Virus record (IMG/VR): IMGVR_UViG_3300033143_006101
Span: 124,001 to 188,000 of that record
Length of the DNA: 64,000 nt
Strand: one strand, 5' to 3'
Within the stretch, counting starts at the first letter, position 1; the number at the start of each line of letters is the position of its first letter. Made by a program: the position numbers and the translations under genes. Of the stretch, positions 27,692 through 38,982 are shown one piece after another. The notes under the pieces are model-generated. The model saw only the letters and a list, made by a program, of their open reading frames with translations, was not told the origin of the DNA and made no database searches.

Positions 27692-28449
27692 TACAACTCC
27701 CCCTAAATGAATGGATAAAATTCATCATGAGTTCTTTTAATCGATTCCTTACTTTCTTTTAGATATCCTTTATGACTTCCAATATTGATAGAGAAACCCA
27801 TTTGAATACATATAATATCCAACGAAAAATTAACGTAGTCTGTGTTTATATGAACATCTGCTCCTAAGTTAAAGCTTTTCCTAATCGAAAACCATATCAA
27901 TACCTTATAGTAACTTGTAATATGAAGTACATCCTTTGTAATTCCAAAGACTTTAGAATAATATTTAAAATTATCTTTAGCTTGACTCATTACTAATCTC
28001 GTCTAAATCAAACTCAATATCATTTTTATCTTTATTCATTATAGCTTTACCACATACAACTTTATATCGTTGCAGTTTTATTATGGCGTTCTTATTTGTT
28101 TCAGCATCTTGTTCTATTATAGCTCTATTAATATATCCTAAATTACTGCCATCCTTTTCTTTAATTGCTAATTGTACTGACTGAATAACTTGCCCCTTCT
28201 CACAGTCACAATCCCTCTCCACACTTATGACACACATTATACATTATTAACTCTCGATCATATCCTTTACAATAAGCAACAATGTTTACTTCAGTAGGAT
28301 AAATTCCATAGTAGCAACAAGTGGTGTGTTTTCTGTTGCTGGACCAGTATCCATTTTAATACTTTTAATAAAACCTGTTGCGATCATATTACCATTCTTA
28401 TCTAATAAACGAATTCTTTCTTCTCCATTAATAATAGTTGATATTAGTT

Positions 28450-28812
28450 TCATTTTTCCCCTTCTTGTTCATCATCCCACATAAGAAAAAGCAAGCAGCA
28501 CATAGCATGAGCTAAATGATGCACCCCGGATTCTGGATCATCAACCTCCCCATCATACCAATCAATAATATGACGTACTGCTGCACTAAAATATCTCCTA
28601 TGCCTATTAGATACATACTTCCAATTATCTTTACTAGGATATTTATTTGCTCCATGCATAAGAACTTTAACAACTTCTTTAAATTGCTCCCATGGAACTA
28701 AATCCCAGCGTAATTTTTCCTGGTCATATTTAACTCCTACTTCTTTTTCTAGTTCCTTTCTTGTTAACAAATCCTCTGAAGCTAAATTTATTTCTTCTTT
28801 TTTATCCCCCAT
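28450..28812 (-). CDS. dATP/dGTP diphosphohydrolase domain protein (DUF5664)
   Basis: GVKYDQEKLRWDL, GANKY, NW, RH, DPESGVHHLAHA. Confidence 0.88.
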   Translation of the reverse strand: MGDKKEEINLASEDLLTRKELEKEVGVKYDQEKLRWDLVPWEQFKEVVKVLMHGANKYPSKDNWKYVSNRHRRYFSAAVRHIIDWYDGEVDDPESGVHHLAHAMCCLLFLMWDDEQEGEK

Positions 28813-28822
28813 CAGTTACCTC

Positions 28823-31402
28823 CTATTTTGTCCATTTATCCAAAACCTCCAAATCTGCCTTCAAACCTATTTCTATATCAGGTATATCTTCAATAAGACT
28901 TTTAACTAACTGAGCACCAACTATCCCAACTTCATGCTCAGGGCAATCAACTAAGATACAATCATGAACAACACCTACAATCTTTGCTAATTTATTCGTA
29001 CTATCTATCCATTTCTGTAATCTTATTAAACCAAAATTTGTAATGTCACTTGCGGTTGCTTGGATGGGCATATTTGTTGCTTGACGAAGAGCCCCTTCCC
29101 TAACTTTAGTATCAGTACTATACACCTTAGATAAATATCGACGACGACCATGTGCACTTTCTACATAACCATATTCTATAGCAAATCTTTCAACAGCCTT
29201 AAGCCACTGCTTTGCTCCACTATATAAATTAAACCAGCTGTCGATAAACTTCTGTGCTTTTGAGGTACTCTCATGTCTTTCAATAGATGTGTCCATAGGG
29301 TACCCAAGTTGTGTAGCTAAAGAAAATGCGGATAACCCGTACACAATTCCGAAGTTAATCGTTTTTGCTATTGTCCTAGCTTTCATATGCTTTTCATTAT
29401 TCTTATCAAATTGTTCATAAGAAATATGAAGAAGAGCATTACAAGCTGTTGCAGCATGAATATCATGATCAGCTTTAAATGCTTTAATCATTTCCACATC
29501 ACCAGAGAACATTGCCAATACTCTAAGCTCTGCCTGCCCTAAATCTGCAGCCAAAAGTTTATTACCAGGAGCAGGAATAATCATATTACGTATCCTATTA
29601 TCTCTTGGTACTGTTTGAAGCGGAGGATTAATACAGCTAAGTCTTCCAGTTGCAGTAGTATGTTGTAAGTAACCCGGGTATACTCTTTGAGTATTTGGAT
29701 CCATAAGATCCAAAAACCCATCTATATAAGTCGAGGTCTGTTTATTTATTTTCCTATACTCTAAGATATTTGCAAGTTCGGGATAGGTTTCGGCATAATA
29801 CTTTATTGCAGCTTCATTAAGAGAAGGATCTCCTTTAGGAGTTTTAAACTTATCACTTTTCGTAATCTTTAATTTATTAAAAACAAATTTTCTTAATTGT
29901 GGTGCAGAATTTATATCAAATTGCCCTCCATTTCTTGCATATATTAATTCCTCTATTTCTGCAGCTCTACTGTTATTCTCTTTTTTGACTTTCTCCATAT
30001 GAGCAACATCTATACGTATCCCATTTTCCTCTATACGAAGTAAAGTATTAGCTAAAGGCATTATCAGATGATAAAATAAATTATTATATGTTTTACCAAT
30101 CTCAGCAACCTGTTGTTGATAGATACGAAATGTTACATCAGAATCTAACGCAGAGTAATAAGGTACCGGTGGTAATCCACTCCTCTTTAACCTTGCCTGT
30201 TTCTTGTCTTCCACATACATTGCATAATTATCAAACTCAGTTCTTTCAATAGGTGCATCCTTTTTCTTCTTAGTCTTTTGTTTCTTTTGTGTAGCAACAA
30301 TACCTCCTTCACCCAGAATATCTTCATAACCACCAAGAGGAGTATGTGTCCAAGCCATGGTCTTTAGCTTATAAAGACCTATAACCTCTCTACCCTCATA
30401 ACTCATTGTTGTAGTGTGTTCAGCATACAGCGTATCAAAACCAAAATTATTAATAGTTAAACCAACTGCTCTTAAGAACTTCACATCAAACACACCATTA
30501 TGAAATACTTTAACAATACTTGGATGACTTAGTATTTGATTTAACAAATCAAAAAATGGAAGTATATCCTCCCATTTAATATGTACTCCTTTACCTGATT
30601 CAATACAAAAAGAAATGTGTGTGATTCTATTCTCCCTTGGATTCAATCCATCAGTTTCTATATCCATTGCTATTAAAGAAGAATCCAGTAACCGATTAAG
30701 ATATGCTTTAATTTCTATTGGATCAGACAGTGATACAGGAGTAGCTTCAAGCAATCTTGTCTTAGGTTCATATGCCAATTTCCTGGCCATTAATATATCT
30801 TCTTCAAACTGTTGATATATCAATGCATCTTGCCGATAGCCTAAATACATGGGGTGATAAGTTGTTACTATAGTACATTCTAATTCTGGATGATAGAATT
30901 GTTTACCGCGTGCAATGGTCATAGCTAAACCTAGACCAAGCATTTGATCCATAGCTGTTTTTCCTAACGTAAGTATTACTTTAGGTTTTATTTCATCGAT
31001 AAGTTTATAAGTAAAAGTACGACAGCATTTAATTTGGGTAGGAGTAGGTTTTTTATTTTTACCTTCTTTATCAGTAGGTCTGCATTTAACAGAATTAGTT
31101 ATAAAACAATCTATATTGTGTTGATTTAATTTATTTTGAAGGATACTACCAGCTTTCCCTATAAAAACATTCCCATCTTTATCTTCATTAGCTCCCGGGG
31201 CTTCACCAACAATTAATAAAGGTGCTTCTTTATTTCCACGCCCCTCAATATAGGGAGTCTTTACTCGTTTATATAACCCACATTTTTTACAGTATGCATT
31301 ACTAAACAACTCACTCAACATCTGTTCACGTACACTTAATCTAATACCTGTCGGAACAGATCTAACCGCCTTTATATCAATCATAATGCTCTCCAAAGTC
31401 AT
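28823..31402 (-). CDS. polA: family A DNA polymerase with N-terminal family-4 uracil-DNA glycosylase domain
   Basis: VGEAPGANED, NSVKCRP, TYHP (UDG4); DIETDG, FHNGVFD (exonuclease); TATGRLS, DLGQAELR, RTIAKTINFGIVYG, VHD (polymerase). Confidence 0.95.
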   Translation of the reverse strand: MTLESIMIDIKAVRSVPTGIRLSVREQMLSELFSNAYCKKCGLYKRVKTPYIEGRGNKEAPLLIVGEAPGANEDKDGNVFIGKAGSILQNKLNQHNIDCFITNSVKCRPTDKEGKNKKPTPTQIKCCRTFTYKLIDEIKPKVILTLGKTAMDQMLGLGLAMTIARGKQFYHPELECTIVTTYHPMYLGYRQDALIYQQFEEDILMARKLAYEPKTRLLEATPVSLSDPIEIKAYLNRLLDSSLIAMDIETDGLNPRENRITHISFCIESGKGVHIKWEDILPFFDLLNQILSHPSIVKVFHNGVFDVKFLRAVGLTINNFGFDTLYAEHTTTMSYEGREVIGLYKLKTMAWTHTPLGGYEDILGEGGIVATQKKQKTKKKKDAPIERTEFDNYAMYVEDKKQARLKRSGLPPVPYYSALDSDVTFRIYQQQVAEIGKTYNNLFYHLIMPLANTLLRIEENGIRIDVAHMEKVKKENNSRAAEIEELIYARNGGQFDINSAPQLRKFVFNKLKITKSDKFKTPKGDPSLNEAAIKYYAETYPELANILEYRKINKQTSTYIDGFLDLMDPNTQRVYPGYLQHTTATGRLSCINPPLQTVPRDNRIRNMIIPAPGNKLLAADLGQAELRVLAMFSGDVEMIKAFKADHDIHAATACNALLHISYEQFDKNNEKHMKARTIAKTINFGIVYGLSAFSLATQLGYPMDTSIERHESTSKAQKFIDSWFNLYSGAKQWLKAVERFAIEYGYVESAHGRRRYLSKVYSTDTKVREGALRQATNMPIQATASDITNFGLIRLQKWIDSTNKLAKIVGVVHDCILVDCPEHEVGIVGAQLVKSLIEDIPDIEIGLKADLEVLDKWTK

Positions 31403-31404
31403 AG

Positions 31405-31962
31405 TTATTTCAGAAGACTTTCTTCTTTTTTATCTTCTGTTTTCTTTATTTTATTTAATACTTCTAACTGATACTTCTTAACGTCTGCAACTCCATCATT
31501 TGAATTCGTCAATTGATAATAATCGCTTGCTATACGACTTAAAATATAAGCATCTGCCAGATCAGATGAATCAAACTCTTCTCCAAAGTTCTGAAAGCAT
31601 TTCAAGATCATCAGTTCCTTTTTAGCTTTCCAATTTCCAGTACAATATTTCTTCACTTGTGTCGGTGCTGAATAAATCCATTCCATTCCATTCTTAAATA
31701 AGCATAATTTATAAATCCCTGTTACTTCTCCTATATTAAAAAGGTGACCATCGGATACCCCAAACGCAGGGGATTCCATACAAGTAAATATAATTTTGTT
31801 GAAGAAGGGCTCTAGCACTTCCAAAAATAAATTCTCTAAGTGAAAAAGTCTTTCTGTTCCTTTTGCATCTACATAAAGACGTTCTTTTTTTATTAATTTA
31901 TAATTATCATCAATAATTACTATACCAGTCCCTGTTATACTTATATCACAACCTAAAAACAT
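31405..31962 (-). CDS. ruvC: RuvC-like Holliday junction resolvase
   Basis: LGCDISITGTG, E, PTQVKK..TG..KAKK, DLADA. Confidence 0.8.
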   Translation of the reverse strand: MFLGCDISITGTGIVIIDDNYKLIKKERLYVDAKGTERLFHLENLFLEVLEPFFNKIIFTCMESPAFGVSDGHLFNIGEVTGIYKLCLFKNGMEWIYSAPTQVKKYCTGNWKAKKELMILKCFQNFGEEFDSSDLADAYILSRIASDYYQLTNSNDGVADVKKYQLEVLNKIKKTEDKKEESLLK

Positions 31963-31965
31963 ATT

Positions 31966-32485
31966 TCAAACCTTTTTAAATTTTAAATTTGATCTTCTAT
32001 TATTAGCTTGTTCTTTACGAGTAGACCATTTACAATTTTCTTTACAATAATCACCATCATTATCAATTCTATCAAGTGTTAGTCCTATTTTATAATCTTT
32101 ACCCATATCATTATAAAAACCCTCGAATGTTTCCCATTTTAAATTGTATGTAATTCCCCTGCCCCCATAATATTTATAGTCTCTCCTTGTTTCATTATTA
32201 CAACGTCTTTTTATAGAATACCAAACTTGATATATTCTGTCCCTACTTTTACCATGTTTAGTTTTCGTTTTAATCACTATTTCTCGTCATAGACAACCAC
32301 AACTTTTAACATAACCCATTAATTAAACTATTCCTACTTACTATTTTTGTATTACCACAATCACACACACATAAATAATATTTAATTTTTTTATTTCTAT
32401 TTTCCGTTCTACTAAAATAATCTTTACGATATGTTAGTTCTTTTACGATCAATCTACCAAATTTTTTTCCAATTAATTTATCCAT
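31966..32485 (-). pseudogene. degenerate HNH homing endonuclease
   Basis: GKKFGRL, CVCDCG, then a frameshift and TGA around KSCGCL, then [18 protein letters not shown]. Confidence 0.8.
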
Positions 32486-32601
32486 GGTATATATTATTAA
32501 AAAAAACAATAAGTCTGGCTTTGGAAATAATTTTATATTTATCATTTACCTCCACCAGACCTGTCCCTATTAAAAAGAGATCTAATCCAACAAACATTCA
32601 C

Positions 32602-33846
32602 TTATCCTAATTTGTATGTCTTACCACAATGAGGACAAGTATCAAGTGTAACAAGAAACAATTTTCTACATGAAGGCTCATCACAAGCTTCTAACAGTTT
32701 CTTCTTACATGCGTCATTAGTACAATGTACACTGTCACTTGGTACATGTGCTTTACAGAAAGGACACACAATCATTTTCACCGTGTCAGCTGAACCTCGT
32801 GTTTTAACTGCTTGCTGTTCTGGAGGAGGAACCTGTTGTTCTGGTGGAGCCTGTTGTTCTGATGGTCCCGGTGGAGGAGTCGTATTGATCGGCTCCACTG
32901 GTGGTGCTTGTGTTTGTACCTCAGTTACTACAGTTTGAGTTTGAGCTGGTGGGATCCTACTTTGTGCAGGAGGAGGGGTTGTTTGTTGTGGATTTGGCCC
33001 TGGTCCCGGCTCCCCTTCCATGGATGCCTCAAGCTTAGCTTGCTCTTCCAATTGAGCCAGATATTTTGTACCTAAAACACCATCTATCCTTGCGATAGTC
33101 TGAGCCAAATATTTAAGTACATATCTTGCCGGAGATAGAGCACCTTCTCTCTTAAGAGTATAGACTTCATATGCTTTTTCCTCATCTGTAAGAGGCCCTA
33201 CAAATACATTAGGATTATTCTCGGCTTTCATGGCATTATACCTTGTACCTTTCTTGCCGGATCCAGTTTTCTTGTAATTGATATCATAATCCTGCAGATT
33301 TCCACAGTTATCTCTTACATCAAGAAGACTTTGTAAACCAGTAGAACCTATTTTCAAAAGTTTTGTGTGCTTATTAACCATACACCAATTCTGACCAGTC
33401 AAATTACCTTCTGTTTCCACCTCTCTATCAATACAATTGAATGCATACTGTCTGCGAGGCTTCCAATTGCCTGCATTTTCAGATTTATCCTCATTAAATG
33501 CTACCCGAAGTATAAGCTCAGGATCTTGCTGATCATAAACATAATACTTCTGCTTAAATTCATCAAGACGCGAGTCTAAAATACCACCACGATAGAAATT
33601 TGAGCGATCTCCTAATAGCTCAGCAAGGACACTCTTTCCCTCATGGTCATTCTCGATAATAAATGGTCTTTTCTCTTTATCATCACACATCATCCAAGAC
33701 TCAAAATATTCAACGGCACTGTCAGGATCTACAATCCGAATGATATTAGGTAAGTCTTGTTTAATCTTTTTCTCAACAGCATAATTACTGCTACGATTTT
33801 CTTCATCATCTTTAATATGCTGTCGATAACGATCTAGCACACTCAT
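32602..33846 (-). CDS. putative ssDNA-binding protein with Pro/Gln linker and double zinc ribbon
   Basis: position in replication cluster; 'YDINYKKTGSGKKGTRYNA' as in phage SSBs; CPFC/CTNDAC/CDEPSC/CPHC at C-terminus. Confidence 0.6.
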   Translation of the reverse strand: MSVLDRYRQHIKDDEENRSSNYAVEKKIKQDLPNIIRIVDPDSAVEYFESWMMCDDKEKRPFIIENDHEGKSVLAELLGDRSNFYRGGILDSRLDEFKQKYYVYDQQDPELILRVAFNEDKSENAGNWKPRRQYAFNCIDREVETEGNLTGQNWCMVNKHTKLLKIGSTGLQSLLDVRDNCGNLQDYDINYKKTGSGKKGTRYNAMKAENNPNVFVGPLTDEEKAYEVYTLKREGALSPARYVLKYLAQTIARIDGVLGTKYLAQLEEQAKLEASMEGEPGPGPNPQQTTPPPAQSRIPPAQTQTVVTEVQTQAPPVEPINTTPPPGPSEQQAPPEQQVPPPEQQAVKTRGSADTVKMIVCPFCKAHVPSDSVHCTNDACKKKLLEACDEPSCRKLFLVTLDTCPHCGKTYKLG

Positions 33847-34245
33847 CGTTAACCTCCTGTTAAATTAATTTTGGGTATATATTATATAAAGGCTAACGAC
33901 GAAAAATTTTACAGAAAAAGTTCAAAAAATTGAAAAAAATTGGAAGGTTATTGGTTGAGCAGGCTGTCTAAATACTGATGCAGTTCTATAGATTTCATAT
34001 CTGACTCATCTATCATTTCTTCTTTTACTTGTTCGAGAATAGTTTCAACTACAAACAAATTACCGTCACAAGCCCCTATAAGATTCTGATATAAGCATGC
34101 ATATTTTTGCAGGTCACTCTCTATATCTCCTTCAGCATCCTTTTTTATTTTATTTAAAGTAGCAATTACTGACCGTGTTAATTTATGTACATCTACAAGT
34201 ACCTCTTCTTTCATTACCACTCCTAGTCGATTTCTACTGTGCAAA

Positions 34246-34842
34246 TCACTTCTTCTTCCTTTTCCGCTTATCTCTCATGTATTCTTCTATTGTTTCCATA
34301 ATATCATTTAATTTAACAAACTCACTTAATAACCGAGAATCTCTTCTCTCCTCATGCTCGAATCTTCTTATTGTACCTATTGCATCTGCTGTTCTTCTTT
34401 TTTTGTACTTGTTTAACAGATCACCAAAACTACCCACACCAGAAGAACGCTCTAATCGAAATGCAAATGTTGATATAGATTTTAATATTAAGCAAGGGTT
34501 GACTCCTGCATTATACATGAAAGGAGGAGCCTCATCCCAAAGAACTTTATAATACAGATCAAATTCATCTATCACTGTACCTCCACCCAGAGCATCATGC
34601 ATTATATATTCACCGATTCTTTCCTTCTTTACTTTACCCAATAGTCGATCAATATTTTCTTGTAATACAGCAGGGTCTTGTAACTTATGCTCTTGATCAC
34701 CGTACATCTCCTTTAGTTTTCTCCGCTTTGGTAGGGATATCAGGTGAACCGGTTGAGCAGGTAAAACTGGTCTTCTAGATATCTCACGAACAAGTACTCC
34801 AGGTGCTTTGTGTAACATTGCCATTATATCCTCCTTAATCAC
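34246..34842 (-). CDS. hypothetical protein
   Basis: 198-aa ORF in operon. Confidence 0.55.
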   Translation of the reverse strand: MIKEDIMAMLHKAPGVLVREISRRPVLPAQPVHLISLPKRRKLKEMYGDQEHKLQDPAVLQENIDRLLGKVKKERIGEYIMHDALGGGTVIDEFDLYYKVLWDEAPPFMYNAGVNPCLILKSISTFAFRLERSSGVGSFGDLLNKYKKRRTADAIGTIRRFEHEERRDSRLLSEFVKLNDIMETIEEYMRDKRKRKKK

Positions 34843-35092
34843 TCTTAGATGATTCTACTTTAATACTAAAAGGACTTACCATTTTAATAATCATTCCCAT
34901 AAAACCTATCACAACAAATAAACATACTGTATCCCAAAAACCTATAGCTTGATACTTCTGAGGAAGAAAATCAAAGTATTCCTTTCCTATATCTAATACA
35001 GTCCAGAAAAACCAGAAAGGCACTGATACACTGCATTTAATTAAAAAATCAACAATCCAACCTACAATAGGTATAGCATTAATAGCACTCAT
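34835..35092 (-). CDS. membrane protein
   Basis: two hydrophobic segments; AGGAGG RBS. Confidence 0.6.
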   Translation of the reverse strand: MSAINAIPIVGWIVDFLIKCSVSVPFWFFWTVLDIGKEYFDFLPQKYQAIGFWDTVCLFVVIGFMGMIIKMVSPFSIKVESSKSD

Positions 35093-35286
35093 TGTTACTC
35101 CTCCTTTTTCATTTTATCTTTTAATTTATATATTTCTCTCATACATTCTAATATAGAAACAAGAGCCCCTATTATAATAACATCATACATTGCTGGAAAC
35201 TCACCTCTTGCAAACAATAATGATACAATAAAAGCAATCACCATATTAATAATCAAAACACCAATAGGTCTAAAAAGTCCACCATA

Positions 35287-35880
35287 CTACATTCTCCTTA
35301 TATGAAATCTATTAGTTATTATATAATTATTCTTCACTTGACTTTCAAAGTAATCATCAATGACCATAGTAGCAAAATTAACCATAAAATGTATGAAAGG
35401 AATTGCACTTCTTACTTCACAGATATCTTCTGCATCCGGATCCACACTTCCAGGTACAGTGTACTTCTCATCCCATGTTACTTCCCCTGACAATTCCGGA
35501 GAGAAGCCTATATGCAAGCAAGCAACATCTTTAGATAATTCAGCCACTAGACTTCTGGATTCTTTATTATCAAAACAATCCAATACTAACACATCCTTTT
35601 TATCAATACCATCTAAAATATCAATTATGTCCGTAAACTTTTCTATCTTCTTTTGAATGGGAGTATACTTCATCTTTCTCACAAACCTCGGGAACACTGC
35701 CTGCATAGCCATTGTCTTATACAATCCAATATGCTCTAAAAAATAGGGTTGAATAGGAATATTTCTGTCCTCTACCTCATCACAATCCACCCCAATATAC
35801 TCAAAATCTGAATACTTTTTAGCTAATTGAAGTAATAAATTCCCTCCCAATGCTCCTAACCCCATTACACATATTAACAT
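35287..35880 (-). CDS. ThiF/MoeB (E1-like) adenylyltransferase
   Basis: GLGALGG, DCDEVEDRNIPIQ, GLYK, DCFDNKESR, 'DICE' Cys. Confidence 0.88.
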   Translation of the reverse strand: MLICVMGLGALGGNLLLQLAKKYSDFEYIGVDCDEVEDRNIPIQPYFLEHIGLYKTMAMQAVFPRFVRKMKYTPIQKKIEKFTDIIDILDGIDKKDVLVLDCFDNKESRSLVAELSKDVACLHIGFSPELSGEVTWDEKYTVPGSVDPDAEDICEVRSAIPFIHFMVNFATMVIDDYFESQVKNNYIITNRFHIRRM

Positions 35881-35890
35881 TTTTTCCTCC

Positions 35891-36495
35891 TTAAATAGTT
35901 ACATGTTTCCAAATTTTACCATTTTTAATATCATAAATGTTTCTATAAGTAACACCATATTTTTTATATATTTGAGCAGGTTTACTACCATTACCCAATT
36001 CTTTTTTAATTTCCCGAACTTGTCTTTCAGTTAGTTTAGACACGCCTATGCGTTCGCCCTTAGCTTGCCTATTCCTTTTTACCATATCTTGTATATTATC
36101 ATAATACGTTCCTAATTCTAAATGTTCCGGATTTATACAATTTCTAATATCACATTTATGTCTTATAATTTTACCTTTAGGAATACTTCCTTTAAACTTT
36201 TCGTATATAAATCTATGAAGCATATATACAATAGTATCTAATTCAATATGAACGTACCCATCCGTACCTGCCTTGTGTGAAGTACAAACCCAATATTCAG
36301 ATAAACCGTCAACAAGTTGCTCCTTTTCCCATTCAATTTTCTTTTGTCCCCATACAACTTTCTCTTCATTTTTTTTAACAAACTTTCTATCGCATATTTC
36401 GAAACATTATAAATTTTTGCTATTTCAACATTGGAATGCAGATCAATCAGTTTACTAATTTCTTTAATCTCTTCCTCAGCCCACTTCTTTCTCAA
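35891..36495 (-). pseudogene. HNH homing endonuclease, frameshifted
   Basis: HRFIY...IRHKCDIRNCINPEHL; N-terminal part in a different frame. Confidence 0.75.
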
Positions 36496-36715
36496 TCTAT
36501 ATCTCCATCATCTTCTTTATGATTTTGTATATGAGTTTCTCCTCTTGTCTTTATAACTTCAAGTTTTTCTATCTTAAAAACAATATGCCATATTATCCAT
36601 CCAATCCATAACCTATAAATACCCTGAACAGTATCATAATCAGTCCAACAATTTACTTTAGAATAGGTAATTCTTATTTTATTAAACAATAAATCTATAG
36701 CTCTATCTAATCTAC

Positions 36716-37219
36716 TCATATCTCCACTTTTATAATTTCTCCTTCAGGAGATAGCTCAGCTTCAATAGGATCCTCAAAGTCAGCCATCATACCTTCATAT
36801 ACTCCTTGCCATGTCTCTCTACTCTGCCCTTTAGGATCATTCATTCTATTATCAACATTATTCTGAGTCTCAGTAAAATGAACTAATACTATCTTCATAT
36901 TCACACCACGATCTTGCCGAGCCATATCTACCAAATCTATCCAATCAAGTCTCTTCTTTCTAATAATATTCGTTTCATCTATAATAATATTAAAACCATA
37001 ATCGAATGCTGTTGTCACAATATCATAACAAGCTGATCGTATAAATGGTTCATACTTTTTATCAAAAACATACTTCCCTTTTATCATTGCTCTAAGAGAA
37101 TCTCTATTTACAATCACAACATTGTCCTCTTTAGCTTTTTCTTTAGCCCAGGTACTTTTTCCAGAACCTATTATACCACATAATATATAAACAGTTACAT
37201 CAGGTGTGTTTTCACTCAT
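36716..37219 (-). CDS. P-loop kinase (AAA_33, polynucleotide kinase-like)
   Basis: GIIGSGKST, NRDSLR, IIDETN. Confidence 0.8.
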   Translation of the reverse strand: MSENTPDVTVYILCGIIGSGKSTWAKEKAKEDNVVIVNRDSLRAMIKGKYVFDKKYEPFIRSACYDIVTTAFDYGFNIIIDETNIIRKKRLDWIDLVDMARQDRGVNMKIVLVHFTETQNNVDNRMNDPKGQSRETWQGVYEGMMADFEDPIEAELSPEGEIIKVEI

Positions 37220-37813
37220 CGAAGTTTGCCTCCTATTTTAATTATCTATTATCATCATCACAAGTGCTATAAAAGCAAAGCCCAGCCCTACAAAAGAAAG
37301 CCAACCAATATCTAATACCATAGATGCTATACTGCATGTAAGACTTATCCCAACTAAAACCCATCTGGTTGCTATATTATTTATTCTGCCCCAACTAATC
37401 ATTGAACTCTACCTCTTCCTCATTTTCCTTGTCTTTATGTATTACCCTAGAAGATCTATTAGATACATTTTTTCTCCATAATCACCCAGCTTATCTAATA
37501 CTTCCTTATCTGATGCCCCATCCTTAGCTTTTAATTCGGCCATCATAGTTCCATCTTTAAGAAAATAAGTATAACAATTTGAACAAAATTTATTTACAAA
37601 TTTACCAGCTATATCATACCCATCCCCATCTTTACGTTCTACAATATATCGATTTCTTTAGCTATAGTAGAAGCTTCTGTGACTAATCCCTCAGTTTTTT
37701 CGAGGGAATTATCTTCTTCTTTTCGATTAAGTGTGGGAAAGAAGAATTTTATAACAAATTTATATATTACCCACATTGCAAACACTATAAGAATTGCCCA
37801 AAGAACAAACATC

Positions 37814-38269
37814 TTATTCACCTCCATATGATAAATATTTTAAAAATAATAATTGATCACCAGTTAATCGTACTGGATATACCTTCTTTTCTAATAGTAA
37901 TTTCCCATGAGTATCACATCTAGTATTATCAAACCAATATCCAACCACATCATGTTTAACTGAAAATAAATCATCTTCATGAAACGTAATAATATTAAAG
38001 TAAATTACACATTCTAATGCAGTATGCCATCCTTGTACACAATTAAGATCTTTATCACTATATGTTGTCATCCCTGGGGGATGCACATGATAAAATTGTA
38101 AATCTTCCGGTATAAAATTCAGCCCTAATGTTTTAATAAAATTCCATGGACGAAAAAAATTAAACTCAACAGACCCAGCTTCTCCTATACTGTAATCTAT
38201 TATTCTATCATCATATGTAATTACTGCAGATTCAATCACTCCTATCATTCTCCTGTTAAATAACTCCAT
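37814..38269 (-). CDS. JAB/MPN+ (JAMM) metallopeptidase
   Basis: E...FYHVHPPGMTTYSDKD matches HxH-x7-SxxD. Confidence 0.75.
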   Translation of the reverse strand: MELFNRRMIGVIESAVITYDDRIIDYSIGEAGSVEFNFFRPWNFIKTLGLNFIPEDLQFYHVHPPGMTTYSDKDLNCVQGWHTALECVIYFNIITFHEDDLFSVKHDVVGYWFDNTRCDTHGKLLLEKKVYPVRLTGDQLLFLKYLSYGGE

Positions 38270-38694
38270 GCTTTCATATAACGACCAACACGTTCCATAT
38301 CCTTTTTTCGCATATCATGTCTGTTAATTATTCTACGTAGATCCATGTTATGTTCAAGATCTTTTATTTTCACCTTACGAGCAATGCTATGCTCTTTAAT
38401 AGCTGCTATCATATTAACATATCTTTCTTCTTTATCACTTCCACTATGGTTATTTTTATCTAACAATACTAATGCATCTCGTATCTCTTCTGTCAGACCA
38501 AAATTAGCAATTTGGGTAATAGTATAAGCAGTATCTTCAGTAACGTCATGTAATACTGCTACAATTCTCTCAGTATCAGTTTCCATTTGAGTCATAACAT
38601 ACAAAGGGTGTAAGATATATGGTCTGCCACTTAGATCTTTTTGTCCTACATGAGCTTCCATTGCTAATTGTATTGCCGACTCAAGCGTTATCAT
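38245..38694 (-). CDS. HD-domain hydrolase (RelA/SpoT hydrolase / Mesh1-like)
   Basis: AHVGQKD..GRPYILHP, AVLHDVTED, KVKIKDLEHN. Confidence 0.85.
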   Translation of the reverse strand: MITLESAIQLAMEAHVGQKDLSGRPYILHPLYVMTQMETDTERIVAVLHDVTEDTAYTITQIANFGLTEEIRDALVLLDKNNHSGSDKEERYVNMIAAIKEHSIARKVKIKDLEHNMDLRRIINRHDMRKKDMERVGRYMKAWSYLTGE

Positions 38695-38982
38695 TCTTTC
38701 TCTCCCAAATACAAGCCGATAAAGGTTTAAGTAATAAACCAATTCCTGATACTACTGATAGTTTAAAAAATTTCTTCCTGGATATTTTATTCATTATCAG
38801 GCCCCTCACATTCTTCAAGTATTTCCCACCAATCTTCTTCTGAAATCATTACATCTCCATACCAACCTTCTCCATTCCAAAGACCATTTGTTTGTAGTGC
38901 TACCATCCAATCAGATTGAGAACCTTTATAATCATCAGGTGGTATTGCTGGAAGATATTCTTTTTCCTTCTTAGTCATATTA

